A DNA stretch of 64,000 bases, taken from the NCBI GenBank assembly GCA_002633005.1, contig NMRA01000205.1, positions 215,498 through 279,497 of the forward strand. The letters are read 5' to 3'. Below are positions 12,550 to 26,555 of the stretch, in pieces. Each line of letters starts with the position of its first letter. Within the stretch, counting starts at the first letter, position 1. Origin of the DNA: Phoronis australis. Taxonomy: Eukaryota; Animalia; Phoronida. Below the pieces are notes generated by a model. It saw nothing but the letters and a program-made list of their open reading frames with translations. It ran no database searches and was not told the origin of the DNA. The translations under genes were made by a program, and so were the position numbers.

Positions 12550-13114
12550 TCTTATGCTACCTGGTGTTATAAACAGGTGTGTAATAATTAAGATATTACG
12601 CGTCAAGTCAGACTGTCACGGTACTGCCCACGGTGAGATACAGTATCCTCGGTGACGCGTTACGTATACCCAAGATACTATCCAAGCACTTAGAGTGGAA
12701 AAATCTTCGTTTATGGAACGGAAATAGTATACTAATCGCATAATTCAACATTCATGCATCACTGACCGCCATTTTGATAGGTGTCTCTAAGATCTCGTCG
12801 AGTATACTCGCCTTATACTCACGTGGTTTTGGGCGGTATTGCTTTTTGTCGAGACACTTAAGCTTACGGAAATCAGCCTCGGCGTCTCGCAATCCTACAA
12901 CAGTACCAAAATCATTAGTGCTTTGGCGGGAAAGAGGACGAAAACGGCCGGTCTTTCGTGGATAGGGTACGGTTACAATCGGTTTAGTCCCTGAGCCAGG
13001 GGGTTGAACCTGGTTTTGCCAGATAAAGTTTTTCTTTGCTGTTTCATGTTGCCTAGGGTTAAGTAACCATGATTTAAGGAGGTGACCGTTCGCAAACCTT
13101 GAGCATTTTTTTAA

Positions 13115-13830
13115 ATATGCAAATTAATGTCGTCATTATGCAAAATTCTATTTGTGCTTATAATATCCTTTCCTTGCACTGCAGCCCGATAATTTTGACG
13201 TTTTTACCCATGTTTTCTTGGTCAATAAATTTCATAGTGCAAGTTTTTAGGTGAATACATTGTCAATTTTCATAATTTATGCAAATTAAGACCGACATTA
13301 TGCAAAATTCTATTTTTGCTTACAATTTCCTTACCAAGGACTGCAGCCAGATGATTTGATGTATTTACCCATGTTTCCATGGTCAACAAATTTAATAATG
13401 AAAGTTTTTGGGTGGATACATCGTCAATTTGCATAATTTATGTAAATTAAGGCCGCCATTATTCAGAATACTTCTTGTGCTTATAGCTACTGTACCAGGC
13501 ATCACATATGAACTATTATGAAATGTGCACCTATATTCGTTTGCTCAACTAGTTTAATGAAATCGCTTTGTTGTTGCATGATAAATTTGCATGATTAATG
13601 CAAATTTGCAGAACTAATCTAAATTAAAGGCTCCATTATTCAAAATTCTACTTGTGCTTATAGCTACTTGTGCTTATAGCTGCGGTACCAAGTACCAAGC
13701 ACCACAGGTAGATTCTCATGATATTTGAACCTATGTTCCTATGGTCAATTAGGTTAATGAAATCAGTTTGCAAGTTGCATGATAAATTAGCATAATTTAT
13801 GCAAATAAAGGCAGCCATTCTCAAAAATTT
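13115..13830 (+). repeat. Academ left subterminal array, ~160-180-bp units (about 5 cores)
   Basis: Core TGCAAATTAAGGCCGCCATTATKCAAAATTCTA recurs at ~13120, 13283, 13444, 13621 and 13803. Confidence 0.85.
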
Positions 13831-15559
13831 TGTTTCTGCTCGTAACTTTCTTACGGGGTGGGGGGGCACTACATGTAAATTATTTTGGTATTTTTACTTA
13901 TGAACTTAATGTAATCTATCATTACATCATAAATATAAATAATCTGTAATTTATTACACAACATTACAAATTCGAGTTTTGTCTGATACCCAGGGCATAT
14001 GCAGTAGTAGATGACCAAATTGGTTAATGGCATATACCCAGGACAATAACCTATCGAATGGAGACCAGTCACAAGACGTTTCAAATGCTAATTCAACGCT
14101 CGGAACGTGAGCACACTACAGTATAACGTGCCCAAACGATTGTGCGGAGCAGAAAATTGACTCTGCAATTGTATCTACTTGAATTTCGTGGAATCTAACC
14201 TTTGCAGCCACACCTATTCATCACTAGTATGCAATAGGAGCGAGTTGGGCACCGTGCGGAATTATAGATGGTGAGAGTGATTTGTTTATGGCATCTTTCT
14301 TCCATCCATAGTCTTCTGGATCTAGTGCTGGGGACATTCCACCACATGACTGACTGGTAATGGGCACTGTTTACGTTTACATTCTCTTTGAATGCCTTTG
14401 TTGTTGGTGATAGTTTGGGGGCGGACATGTATTTCTTGCCATTTCTTTTCCCCATACCAGTAGTCTGGTTCCCGACGTCTTCCTGATTCTTTTCATTCCA
14501 TAACAGGCACACATACATTTAGTGGACTGTTTCATGGCATTAGAAAAATGTGCAATAAAAGGGCTGATGGAAGACAGGTCATGTCCAGCCCTCAATATTT
14601 TAACGATGGACCCCTTTCCAACTCCATAGTTGCATGCCAACGTGTTACACCCCTACAGTGCATGGGCAGGGAGGAGACCTTCACACTATGGCTACATGTT
14701 TTCACTGTTAACTTTTTGTCTACGACTGTTCTAAGCTTACTGGTTGATTTCATGGTTGTGGTATTTGAAGCTGTCCCTTGTCTTAGTAATGCACACGAAG
14801 CACAATTATCATCCGAAACAACCTAAAATTTGTTAAGTTCATAGGCATATTTCACGTCTTGTTGGACAATAATGGAGCTAGCTTCTTCATGGGATGTCTC
14901 GATCTCCAATATCCTTGTACTACATTAAAGGACAAGGATCTTCATCAGTGATTGCCTTCTTGTGTTCCTAACACACTGGTAGCCTTTCTCGAAGTCTGAT
15001 AACATTGCCTGACCCATGCTTATTGTTTCATGTACGTTACCTGTTAAAGTAGCAATCCTGTCACTGCTAATAATCACAACTGTGTCTTTGGGATGGACAT
15101 TGGGATCTAATACATCGATGCTGCTATCTACTTTTGACAGATCCGCGCAATATACTGGGCATGTGCTTCAAGACGTGCCTTACTTTCTTCCGCGTGATAA
15201 GTTTTAGTACAGGATCTAATGTTACCGCTCTCCATCTCTCCAAGATCTGTTTCAATCTTTTAGGACAAATAGCAACTTGTGCCCAAAGCTTAAGATTCTC
15301 TTCTTTGAGGGCAATTCCCTACTGTTCCCTCACTACTGTATTCGTACCTCATCAATGTGGTCCCTATAAACTGATCGCTCCGAGCCCCATGCCAGCATTC
15401 ACCCAAGTCATTAAACTAATTTCCGTTTTTTCTATGCAGTGGGAGCGCAGGGCTATAGGCAATATCTTTTTGGAATTTAAGGTCTCAAACTACAGAGCAC
15501 ACACTACACAAAATATTTTCTTACTTCATCAAAAAGGAGACTCTACAAATTTATCATGC

Positions 15560-16750
15560 TACAGCCTGCAAACAGATTTCATTAAATTCCTTGACCACTG
15601 AAACATGGGTGCAAACAACTAACCTCTGGTGTCTGATGCAGCAGTAATAAGCACAAGCAGAATTTTGAATATGACAGTTGTAATTTGTGTAAATTATCAA
15701 AAACATGAGAGATAAATTCGAAAATAATCTACATGTAACGCCCGTAAGGAAATTAAGAGCAGAAACAGTATTTGGAATAGTGTTGTCCATTATTTGTATA
15801 AAATATGAAAATTCATCATGCAACAACTTGCAAACTGATTTCACAGAAACATTGGGTAAAGACGTAAAAATATTTTACTTGGGGTGCCTGGTACTTCAGC
15901 TATAAGTAAAGGTAGAGTTTTGACTAATGGCGTCCTTAATTTGCATATATTATTCAAATTCAGGATGTATTCACCAGCAAACGAGGTCCATTAAATTCAC
16001 TAACCATGGAAGCATAGGTGAAAACATTAAAGAAACCTGACTGAAGGGCTTGGTAAGGGCGTTTTAAGCAAAATATAATTTTGAATAATGGTGGCCTTAA
16101 TTTGCATTAATTATGCAAATTTATCCTACAACAACATGCAAACTGATTTCATTAAACTAATTGATCATAGAAACATAGGTGCAAATATCATGATAATTCA
16201 CCTGTGGTGATTGGTACCATGGCAATTAAAACAAGTAAAATTTTGAACAATGGCGGCCTTAATTTGCATTAATTATGCAAATTGACGATGTATCCACCCA
16301 AAAGCTTTCACTATTGATTTCGTTGACCATGGAAAGCATCAAAATAACCTGCCTGCAGTGCTTGGTAAGGAAATTATGGGCAAAAATAGAATTTTGCATA
16401 ATGACGGCCTTAATTTGCATAAATTATGCACATTGACGATGTATCCACCCAAAAACTATCACTTTTACATTCGTTGACCATGGAAACAAGGGTGAAAGTA
16501 TCAAAATAACCTGCCAGCAGAGCTTGGTGAGGAATTATAAGCAAAAATAGAATCTTGCATAATGACGGCCTTAATTTGCATAAATTATGCAAATTGACAA
16601 TGTTTTCACCAAAAAACGTACACTATTAAATTTGTTGACCATGAAAACGAGGGTAAAAACCTCAATATTATCTGGCTGCAGTGCTTGGTAAGGAATTTAT
16701 AAGCAAAAGTAGAATTCTGCATAATGGCGAGCTTAATTTGCATATTTTAA
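15560..16750 (-). repeat. Academ right subterminal array, ~160-bp units, inverted relative to the left array
   Basis: TAATGRCGGCCTTAATTTGCAT recurs at ~15925, 16085, 16250, 16400, 16560 and 16723. Confidence 0.85.
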
Positions 16751-19700
16751 AAAGTGCTCAAGGATTGCGAACGGTCACCCACCCTAAATCATGATTAACT
16801 ATGCCTAGGCCACATAGAACAGCAAAGAAAAAAACTTTATCCGACAAAACCAGGTTAAGTAAAAAAAAACAGCATTTGGCTCCCAAACTAGTTTCGCCAC
16901 ACATCGCGACGATTGATCTCGATTTCCAGCACCGTAGCTCAAGATCGGGACAGTGCCTTAAACAATGAGTTAGTTGTCAAGACTTGTCTTCGTATGTATA
17001 TAAAACTGTTTTCGAAATAAAATTTGCGTTTATATTTTCCAGAGGGTTCACATCATTACCTCCTTTGATAGAGGTGTACAGAAAATGCGTTCATTCTGTC
17101 ACGACGAATTCAAATAAACAACAGTGCATTTCAATCCTTTCCGGGATACAGTGGTTAGTCACTGACAAGGTGCCCCTAAAGATGGGGCTGCAACGTCGCC
17201 AGCAGAAACGATGAAACAACAAACGTGACACCTGGGTGTTCTTTATTTTCCTTTCCCATAAAAAGAAGACAGTGACATAAAAATTTATGATTTTGCCATG
17301 TAATGGCCTTAGGACTGTTCGTGAGCGCAGTTTTTTGAGAAATCAACTATGAATAAATCATACTGCGTTCAGTTGCCGGCTTTACTGATGTAATAATCAG
17401 TGTCTGCTGACAGAAAGTTGTTGTGAAACAATAACTCGATTTTCTATGCTATGGTCAGATATTAGGGGAATCCTTATTCAGATATATTCAGATATACATA
17501 CAGTATTCAAATCATTGTTATAATTGTGTACCTTTTCCCTGAACGATTCTGTGGAAGAGGAACCTGGTCTCGCGGCCCCCGACGTGTAAGTAGATTTGCA
17601 ATTTTGCGGCGAATTCAGACACCAAAACATTCATGTGCACATTATTTCTTTGGTTCACTAGTCTAGTCCTTTCGTGGTCCTTTCGCAGCCAACTAACCCG
17701 GCTGATTTATGTTCATAATGTCTACAGTCCAGCCATGACGGGCCTGATCGGGTTCCGAGCCACTGGGTTATAACCAGCCTTTTATATTTAGAACTGAAAA
17801 AATTCGCAAGTCTTAAATTACAATACACAGCTATGCTCTCCTGTCTGTATTCCATGGAGTAAAAATTCTAATTTATCTCCGAACAGACTCCAAACTTCCC
17901 GTTACCGACCTCGGTAAGGGGCCTACCGAACTTTGTACATGTAGTCTGCGGTACGTTAAATATTTCTATAAATCCGTAACAGCGAAAGAAAACAACTCAT
18001 TTGTTTAAAAATTTAATGCATTTTAGGGGTTTTGCATCAAATTTTGATGATTTGATGATTTATTTGTGTAAAACAGTGAATTCAATCGATAAGCTGACAC
18101 CAATAAGCATCTTATGAATTGCTGAGCACACTGTGTTAGAAGCTGTGACGTCATTGGTTCATTTCAGCACCTCCGTCTGCCGTCTGGTGTCAGGTAAAAG
18201 AAGTGATCTTGCTGTTATCGAGTGAAACTACTCGATCTAAATTGATACAAAATACGTTGTTTCTATGGTGGTATTCGCCTTTGAGCAGTCCTCGTTCCGT
18301 CACCTGATAGTTCATCACTGACGTCAACCTTCCAAGTTAAATGCCTATACCAACTAAAAACTCATGCTCCCTGTGCCACACATTGGGCATTATGGTCCTT
18401 TGTGGGTGGGCTTTTCCACAGTTACCGTGTAATTTACTAAAAGCGTAGGCCACGCTTGTCCGTTTAGTAGAGTTTGAAAGGAGTTTTCAAATTTCCTTCT
18501 AAGCTTTTGAGGGTTGTCGAGGGTTACATAGCATTATTTTGTTTCAGAGAACATGAAGGCAAAGTCGTTTTAGTATCCGTGAATTGGCCAAAACCGGGTT
18601 TGGAATCCTTTTGAACCACCTTCTGTGTTATCTGAGCGGTTATCAGTATCAAAGTTCAGTCACATCCGGTATTTGAGCGAGAAAAAATCCATCCACTGTG
18701 CGATGTTCTTCGTCCTCAACAAACTCGTTCGATGAGGCCTGTGAAACGGATTGTTTTAAAATCCCCTCCACTTCTACACTCCACGACCACGTCGACCTAT
18801 GGACCACGAGCCCCTCAACCCACGACTCCTTTGACCCACGTCCCACTACTTACAATACTCGAAGCCGGGTTCGGCTCGGTCAACTTATTGACTCACCTTT
18901 GTCTGGCCGTAAGCTCAGCTGGCTTTCTTTATTTTTTGCCATTAATTGTAGCCAAAACAAAAACAAAAAAAAAAAAACAACGCGACCAAATTAAATCAAG
19001 TGCCTACCAATGTTACAAAGTGTCTCGTTCTGGCAGAGTGCAAACGTCTCCTCTTCTTTTTAGTGAATGGCAGGTTCAAGCTATTATGAGGAGAGTGCGA
19101 GCAGGCCACGAATACGTATTTTTTTCAGTAAATACAGTTTGAAAAAACAATATGTTACATGTAGCATCTCGTAAGCGAATATACGACAGAAATCAAATAA
19201 TAAAACTGAAATTATGTGTATAAAGGTTTTCACACTCGCTCCCTAAATTAGGTAGAACAGAGACATTGGTAGCCGTGGAACTATTTCCGTGACAACAACA
19301 GCACTCTCACAATCCCCCATTTAATGTGTTCTTGTATCACTTTCTGTTTTTAATCACCTTTATTGATCCAGAGCAGTAGGTAAGTCTAAGGGGAAAGGCA
19401 ATCAGCAACGTAATTAGTTTTTGAACTGGGTAAAAAGAGCAAAGATGCCTCTATTGCCGTTGGTCGTGGGTCGAGGGCCGGATCTTGGGATGTGGGGGTC
19501 GAGGGGGTTCTAGAACAATCCCAGTGAAACTGCAGTCATTTTCTAGTGTCAATGATAGACCCCATTATGTGGGAAACCATTTCGTTCATTTGATTTTCTC
19601 ACATAACTTTTATTTCACGATTACATGAATTTTGTCACACGATACGACTCGCGTACGCATGAGCATAACTTCGCCCTTATGTACACGACAGGGGCGGATC

Positions 19701-22700
19701 CAGGATTTTGATTTAGGGGAGGGGGCAGGGCAGAGTATTTGCCACTGAGGATTTTGCCCGTCAGACATTCGTACCCTTAAAGTGACAAATGGAATCGGGA
19801 AGAATTTTAGGTGGGCCATTAATGAGGGAAGTTCACAGGTCTGCGTGCATGGCCACTCTCCATGGGGTGTGTGAACCAGGTTGTTCGGTAGAGTGCTAGA
19901 GGACGGATTGGCTCTTAAATATTGAATGTTTCTCTGAGTACAACTTTCCCTTTCACTTTTAATTAACGGGTTGTGCTCATTTTTGATGTAGTAAAAACTC
20001 GCGCACAACTTTTTCAACCGGTCGCGCGTAGGGAAACAAATTCGAATTTTATTTACTCTGTTCGGATATGAAAATATTTTCCCATAATTCTCTTTATGAG
20101 TTACAGGAATTTATTGCCCACTTGCCTTTTGCAAACAACAGGTCAACCGAAACGGTCGTCACGCCCCCTGTAAACAGGCCTTCCGCCATGAAAAATCGTT
20201 TATACCTTATTCAAATTAGGGTTGATTTCTTGACTTGGAAAGAAGTAACGGGCAAGAGTTTCAGTTCAGGTTTGAAGTGTCGAGTCTAAATTTTTACGCT
20301 GAGCATGGAGTCAAGCGAAAATAAAACGTAATTCTTTGCAAGCCTAGAGACGACTTGTGATAATTTAATTAGACCGAAGTTGAGACCCGTTTTTACGATG
20401 GCAAAATAGCCGAACTTATTTTTGGACTTCAAATTTTCTGCTTACAGCGATACGTAGTATTTTAGCGTTTACCTGGGTTTTCTTGTTCAATTTCTTAAAG
20501 GTCCGATACGACCATTTTTAAAGGGTAAAAACGTTGATTTTTATTGATTTTTCCAGGTCATACCTGGTTTCTTAGTGCCTATATCTCTTTATTTTCAACT
20601 TATATCGTCTGTTTCTTCGATGCTTTTGGGAAATAAATTCGTCACGTTGCTGTTCCAGTGTGTTACGTCATTAGAGACCAAAAGCTGACTACACGTGATT
20701 GGATAAGCTATTAGCTTTTTCTGGTGTAAGATTATCATAATTAGGCCTGAGAATGACGAATTTAAGAAACAACCCGATGAATGTTGCTGCCCGGGTTTCT
20801 TTGATCTCGCAAGCCTCTGAGCTTTACTGAGTTTTCTTTTGTGAAAGTGGAGATGACATCATGCTGAGCGTTCACAAGTATGATCTCAAAAATAAAAGCA
20901 TATCCGGTTTGGGTCTGGTATCCCGACTCATTTTGAGACCTGCGTTTACTGAATAAAATATAAAACACCATCCCCCCATTCCCCAGTATCAGTTCCAGCC
21001 ATGGCATCGTGTATCTTTGTGTAACTTTTTAAAAACAAATTAACACAAAGGCATATAAGCAAGCTTAAACAAGTTTCCAAACGTCACGCACTATGTATAA
21101 TTGCATGCAAAACAGCAGCACTCTGGGCAGTGCTGGTTAAGTCCACAGACCTTGGTTTAGCTACTCCAATGCGATGCACCGTTTAAAAGTGTTCGACATG
21201 GTGGCAGACAAAATACCACAACACTTGCCACAACGTACATGTACGTGTTGCATTTTGGAGCCTGTCTGCTCCCTATAAAATGAGTTACTTTATCCAGGGT
21301 TCGTTCCGATTCTCGTCGTAATTTTAAGAACCAATTCCCGACCTTACTCTGTTCCAAAGCTACAGGCAGCCATGAGGGAGTCACACAAAATGACCTAGGC
21401 TTACTTTCCCATGTATGGCATTTCGAAGAATTGACTCTCTACGCCAGAGTTCTGATTGACTTAGAAATAATGCTACGAACCAACAGCCGAGAAATTTTGA
21501 CAACCCATCAAGCATCTGTTTACGACATCGTGACTTTATCAAAAGTTATGCCAAAGAGATGTTTTTTTTTGCAAACGAAAACAAATTTGAAGATTTAACT
21601 TAAGCTGAATAATTTGTATTTTTCTGTGTGCGGACGTAAATACAAAAGAGAATACCAAAGATAATTTTGAGTCAGATTTCGAATAAAACGCCCTCATTAG
21701 CTAGCAAAAATACAAAAATGGAATTAAGCCAACTACTCTTATAAAATTAACCTCATTATATCTCTCGTCGTTATAGGATTCTATTTCCGCTATCATCAGC
21801 GACTCAAGAATACTCTTCAGTGTATATTGCGCTTGGTCAATCCTAAACGCGCGAATTGAAAAGTGTCGCATGTTCTAATTGGCTCAGACTTGAATTGGTA
21901 ACGGAAATGAGATCCGGTCACCCTTAAGACTGTTATGAAACTGATTTTATGAGCATAAAAGGCCAAGTTCGGTTTATTTTTTAGACAGCTAAACCATACC
22001 CGAGAGTTTTTGATATATGGCTAAGCAGGGTGAAATGCAGCATTAAATGATAATCTAACAATAATTCCATTGCATTTGAATTAAATTACTTGCATTATAT
22101 CTTTCCATGTATATGAGCAAAAGCTTTGTGCAGAGTGCAAAACTGAACATGATTGTTTATAAGTGGCTTGGTTTTGGGGTGTCATCAGTTGCCTTGTGTT
22201 ATGCCGTTGCTCTAAAAGCATGTTCACACTCGGTCTAACACGAATCACTTGAGATGCGCAAAATTTATCACTGCCTATAAACACTCAACATAACCAGGAC
22301 TCCGTTTCATGAAACCATATTAGTCTTAACTTGGATCGAAATAACAGTGTTGTCATTCCATCAAATGTCACGTCGAGATCGTTGAACAGTGCTGTTGACG
22401 TCATGCCAATAATTAAAATTGAGACTACTTTTATGAAACGGAGAGAATAATAAAAAAGACGGAGATGGTGACAGTTTGATGACACTTGCACACGAAGAAT
22501 CAACGTACAATTTACAGCGCTTGTTAGCTCGCCAAATGCGACTTGCAGGTCGCCAAAACTGAGGTCAGAGCTCGCCGACCAAAAAATAAAACAAACTTCG
22601 TGTCGCTGAACTTTGCGAGTACCTGATCCATTTCTACCGTAAATATTCACCATTGCTGCCTGCACATTAACCTCCATTGTTGTAGCGACACATCGCCGCG

Positions 22701-23446
22701 AGAGGTGATCCAAGGCTGCCGTTTTTTCGATTATCCAACAGGGGTCCACATGTTGACTCTCCCGGATCACCTTAAACAATGTTTATCCAACTTCGTAAGT
22801 TATTTAGATATATTTCCAACTTGTTTTCCACGTACCAATGGAGAACCCAGACGATCGGAGGCGCGTGTTCCGTGCTCCCATCTTGCCCGATTTTTGACAA
22901 ACTATCCAGACCTCCGTCTGTTTACTTCCTGTTGTATTTTGAGCGCCTATTTGATATGTGCTGACCGCTCAGGGTGGCAAATGCATTGATTTCACGACAT
23001 AAACAGAACAATTGTGAACCAAAGGTAGTGAATCTAGGAAAAATATTAGTATAAAGTTTGGAAGTCACCACTAACTTTAAAGCGAATTTCTGGTAAATTA
23101 CTGTTTGACTTTGCTACTCGCTGTGGCGGCGACTTTGTGACGACTTGGGATTTTTCACAGGTAGTCAAACACAATCTGAAGTCGCTTTGGCGACTGAGCG
23201 GCAAGTCGCCAAATCGAGCATTGCTTTACTTAAAACCTTCTTTACTGCAGAGCAAAATCTCATATGGTAACCTTACACGGTTGCATTTTGTAGACCAGCT
23301 GCATCAGTTCCGGCCACTTCGGCGACCATCTTTGAAATCAAAGATATTTTGAGTCCATCTTTCTTTTCAAGGACTATTGGCACTCTCCAGCTTTGTAAGT
23401 TGAATGCGCATGCGGCTTACATTATCTGTCATGTTCTTAGTTTTGT

Positions 23447-23620
23447 CTAAAACCTGTCGTTGCAACACTGCTGGCGATCGATTAACAGCCCTTGCATGTG
23501 TGGGACAAGAGCTCGCTGTAGATTTATAGCAGGACCAAGTTTCATTCCGAATACATTCAACAGGTGGTGCTCCTTCAAAAACGGCAAGGTTGTACCATCG
23601 ATCTGGTGGAGAAGAAAGAC
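23447..23620 (-). CDS. SAM-domain protein (SAMD7/SAMD11/Polyhomeotic-type SAM), last exon
   Basis: Acceptor TTACATTGCAG at 23621. Translates VFLLHQIDGTTLPFLKEHHLLNVFGMKLGPAINLQRAL...RF* (the second half of a SAM domain). Phase 0 with the previous exon. Not in the ORF track. Confidence 0.88.
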   Translation of the reverse strand, partial: VFLLHQIDGTTLPFLKEHHLLNVFGMKLGPAINLQRALVPHMQGLLIDRQQCCNDRF

Positions 23621-23930
23621 CTGCAATGTAAAACGAACACCAGATGAAAAATGTAACTGCGTACACCCGTTTGCACCCCACTGACAGTTTAACTGGCCTC
23701 GGACAACAACATTCTATCACCGGTCGAGAGTACGACCTATGACAATACGGTACCGCTGAAATATTTGTAGGCCAGTAAACAAAACCTTGCAGCTGTGATT
23801 ACATCCGTCAGAGCAGGATAAAAGTTGTGTGTGTCAGCAATTTTGTGATAACTGCCTCATAAAATTCATTATATCACTAATACGTGGACAAAAGCAGTGG
23901 GTCAACAAAGTACCAAGCTAGTATACTCAC

Positions 23931-24378
23931 TTCAACATACTCCTGGCACATGGGAATAGACGAAACAAAACTAGCCACCTGGTCCACAGTCCATCGTGAA
24001 ATATCGGTCATGAAGTCAGGTTTCGACGAAACAGACACTACGTTTCCATCTCGGTTCATGTTTCTGTAGTTAGGTTGGAACGACTGGTTTTCTGCAATGG
24101 TACCTTCCACGCATTCTCGATCCTGAAAAAGTGTTTTGCTTAAAAATCTCTTCCCCATTCTTGTATTGCCAGCGTAACTTCTCTTCTTCTTTACAGAGAG
24201 ATCTACGACTCCGTTAAGAGTCGTTTCTCTCGGTCTGCGCTGTGGGCGATATTTCCCGACGTCCTTTATCGACTGACTGTCGGCAACTGGAGGGACCCAG
24301 GTATCTGTTGCACGAGCGACGATCTTCTCTTCGGAAATCTGTTTGGCCTGTATGTTTTCCACGTGACGCATATCCGTC
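23931..24378 (-). CDS. SAM-domain protein, internal exon
   Basis: Acceptor TCTGTTATGCAG and donor GTGAGT (23930). Encodes VVDLSVKK and the SAM start DISRWTVDQVASFVSSIPMCQEYVE. Confidence 0.88.
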
Positions 24379-26555
24379 CTGCATAACAGAGTAAATCAAC
24401 GGTCAAGCCAAATAGTACAGTTGGTTCTTGTTTGTGTTTTTGAGTGATGAGGTATTTTTAGTTTTACATTTTTTCGTCTAATATGAGCTGAAATGGTGTT
24501 GCATTTTTCCTTATTTCAACGGGTCGGGTCGAGTGATAGGATTGGCCGTACTCCGGACGACCGAGGGAGGTCGACACTGATTATGAATTCTACATCTGTT
24601 TGAAAAAAAGAGCTTCGCTAAAATTGATGCGAATAGGCACTTTTTCCTTTAAAAAATAAAGCACAAGTTTCAAAATGTGTCGGGCGTAGACTGGAACCAA
24701 AGACGTTATTTGTTTGACCTCACAGGTAACTTTGTCACGTGAACTGTTCAGTTTGGTTCAAGAGTGAGAATATAGTAAGGTCAGGTGATTAAAAGTAACT
24801 TTAAATTGCAACACACGGTGCCGAATTAATGTTAATTTTCGGCATCTTTAACTATGAGAAGTCTGAAAAGCCTAGTAATTTGAACTGAGCCCCATTAGTC
24901 GCCACAATCTTCAATACACACAACATCACACCCTTAGCGTCACGTCTTTTGCCCTGAGTATTATCACTATTTACAAAGTAACGCAATGCGACTGCAGTGG
25001 GTTGGGCTCTCTAGTTTGTACTATAGCAATACACATTTTGAAGTCGTTTCGGGTCAATTTGGCATATTTTTCATTCTAAAAAAGATGTTCTGTACTATTT
25101 CGGTTGATTTCTATAAAAGTTGAGAAGCCATTCTTCAAATCCAAAATGTGACTTAGAGAACGTGTTTCAAAAATGCCAACCAGTGCAATTTAGCTGATGT
25201 GTTTTTTTTTGGCTTTTCGGCTCTGATGATTACACATTTATTTTCAAACCCTATCCTGGGTACATTTCAATTTTCCTTATTTTGATACAACAGTCATTCA
25301 GCCACCCCAAACACATCGTTTTTTATTGCGTGATATCATACTTCCGGTTTGAATAATTGTAAATGATAATCCGTTTTGATAAAAATCAGTTACAACTACC
25401 CTCAGAGTACATGTAGGTAAAATGCATGTATGGCAAACTCACCAAAACACCTTCAAATGTCTGACATTACCCTTTAATAGATAATCCGACATTCAAAATG
25501 AATATTCTATTAAAAATAAACACATCAACAAAATTTCAGAAATTTGTGTTCACTCGCCCGTGTTTTCATCGCTTTTGCTTTATTTAAGTTGTGTTGCGTA
25601 CCAATGGAAAGCTCAATTATTCTTCTCTCCAACAATACCACATTTTGTCAACAAGCTTTTGATATGCTCAGTAACTTTGCTGTAAAAGGGGGCTTGGTGA
25701 ATGTTGCAAATTTCCCAGTTTTTGCCAAGCAGTGTCACCACTGGGGGGTGCGGATGAACTCCAAATTTGTGAGACACTGAATGATAGCATGGAACTCCCG
25801 TTGTTAACAGGCTCAGTTTGAATAGCAATTATGCAAAATTTGTTTAGAGTCCCCAGTTTGCAGCTTTCTTCAAATGTGAAAAATCTTGTGTTTTGGTTCC
25901 AAGTATGCCACGTTTCTTTAATACAGAAAAGGTCCGAGCTCTTGGACAAATTGATACTGGTGTTCCCCAGAATGTGGTAGGCGCTTACTGACTCACTAGT
26001 AGAATGCCATCACACAGCATCGCGCCGTTAGGCTAGTTAACAGCATGCGAAGGTGTGACGCTGTAGTGACTGAGAATGGTTCGAAAAAACAATACTGAGA
26101 AGACCATTAAAATGTTGTCTACCAGCCAGACTACCACAACTGTCTCACTAAGTGTTACCAAATTGTCATAAGTTTTATTACTATGCAACCAGTACTGTAA
26201 CTGCTATTGAAAAACCTGAATTCCCAAACTTGAATACACATTTAGCTGCAACTGAATTCGCAACATTCACTTTGAGACTAAGCCCTCTTTGTCAACAAAG
26301 TTATTAAACACAATAGCCATTTGTTAACGGAATGTGGTATCGTTGGAAAGGGGATTGACTGGGCTTTTCATTGATATGCAATATAATTTAATTAAACCAA
26401 AAAGAATTAAAACAAGGGGAGTGAGCACAAATTTCCAAACTTTTGTTGGGGTGTTTAGAACAATCTATCGAAACTAATACGGTAAAAAATTGTCGTCGTA
26501 TTCGACCGTTTGTAAGTGCACGTGGGGGTCGCATGATCAGGTTCGCCACCCAACA

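Larger units (their letters stand above)
12985..16890 (-). mobile_element. Academ (AcademX-type) DNA transposon, internally deleted and decayed
   Basis: TAG...CTA termini, 3-bp TSD GTT (12982-84 / 16891-93), ~140-bp TIRs plus ~160-bp subterminal repeats. Minus-strand remnants of the XPG-like region: ETSHEEASSIIVQQ (~14890), VSDD (~14812), HAL*GCNTLACNYGVGKG (~14650), SAHYQSVMW, YGW, RCGCKG. An empty paralogous site is present at 5028/5029. Confidence 0.88.
10417..20920 (+). repeat. Tandem segmental duplication, unit 2 (contains Academ insertion)
   Basis: Collinear with 1918-9870. Carries an extra 3.9-kb transposon and lacks the 277-bp MITE and the 552-bp segment 8834-9385. Confidence 0.93.

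Noticed and set aside
13115-16750. CRISPR-like or satellite array
   Set aside because: The units are ~160-bp whole-unit repeats without unique spacers, mirrored at both ends of a eukaryotic transposon.
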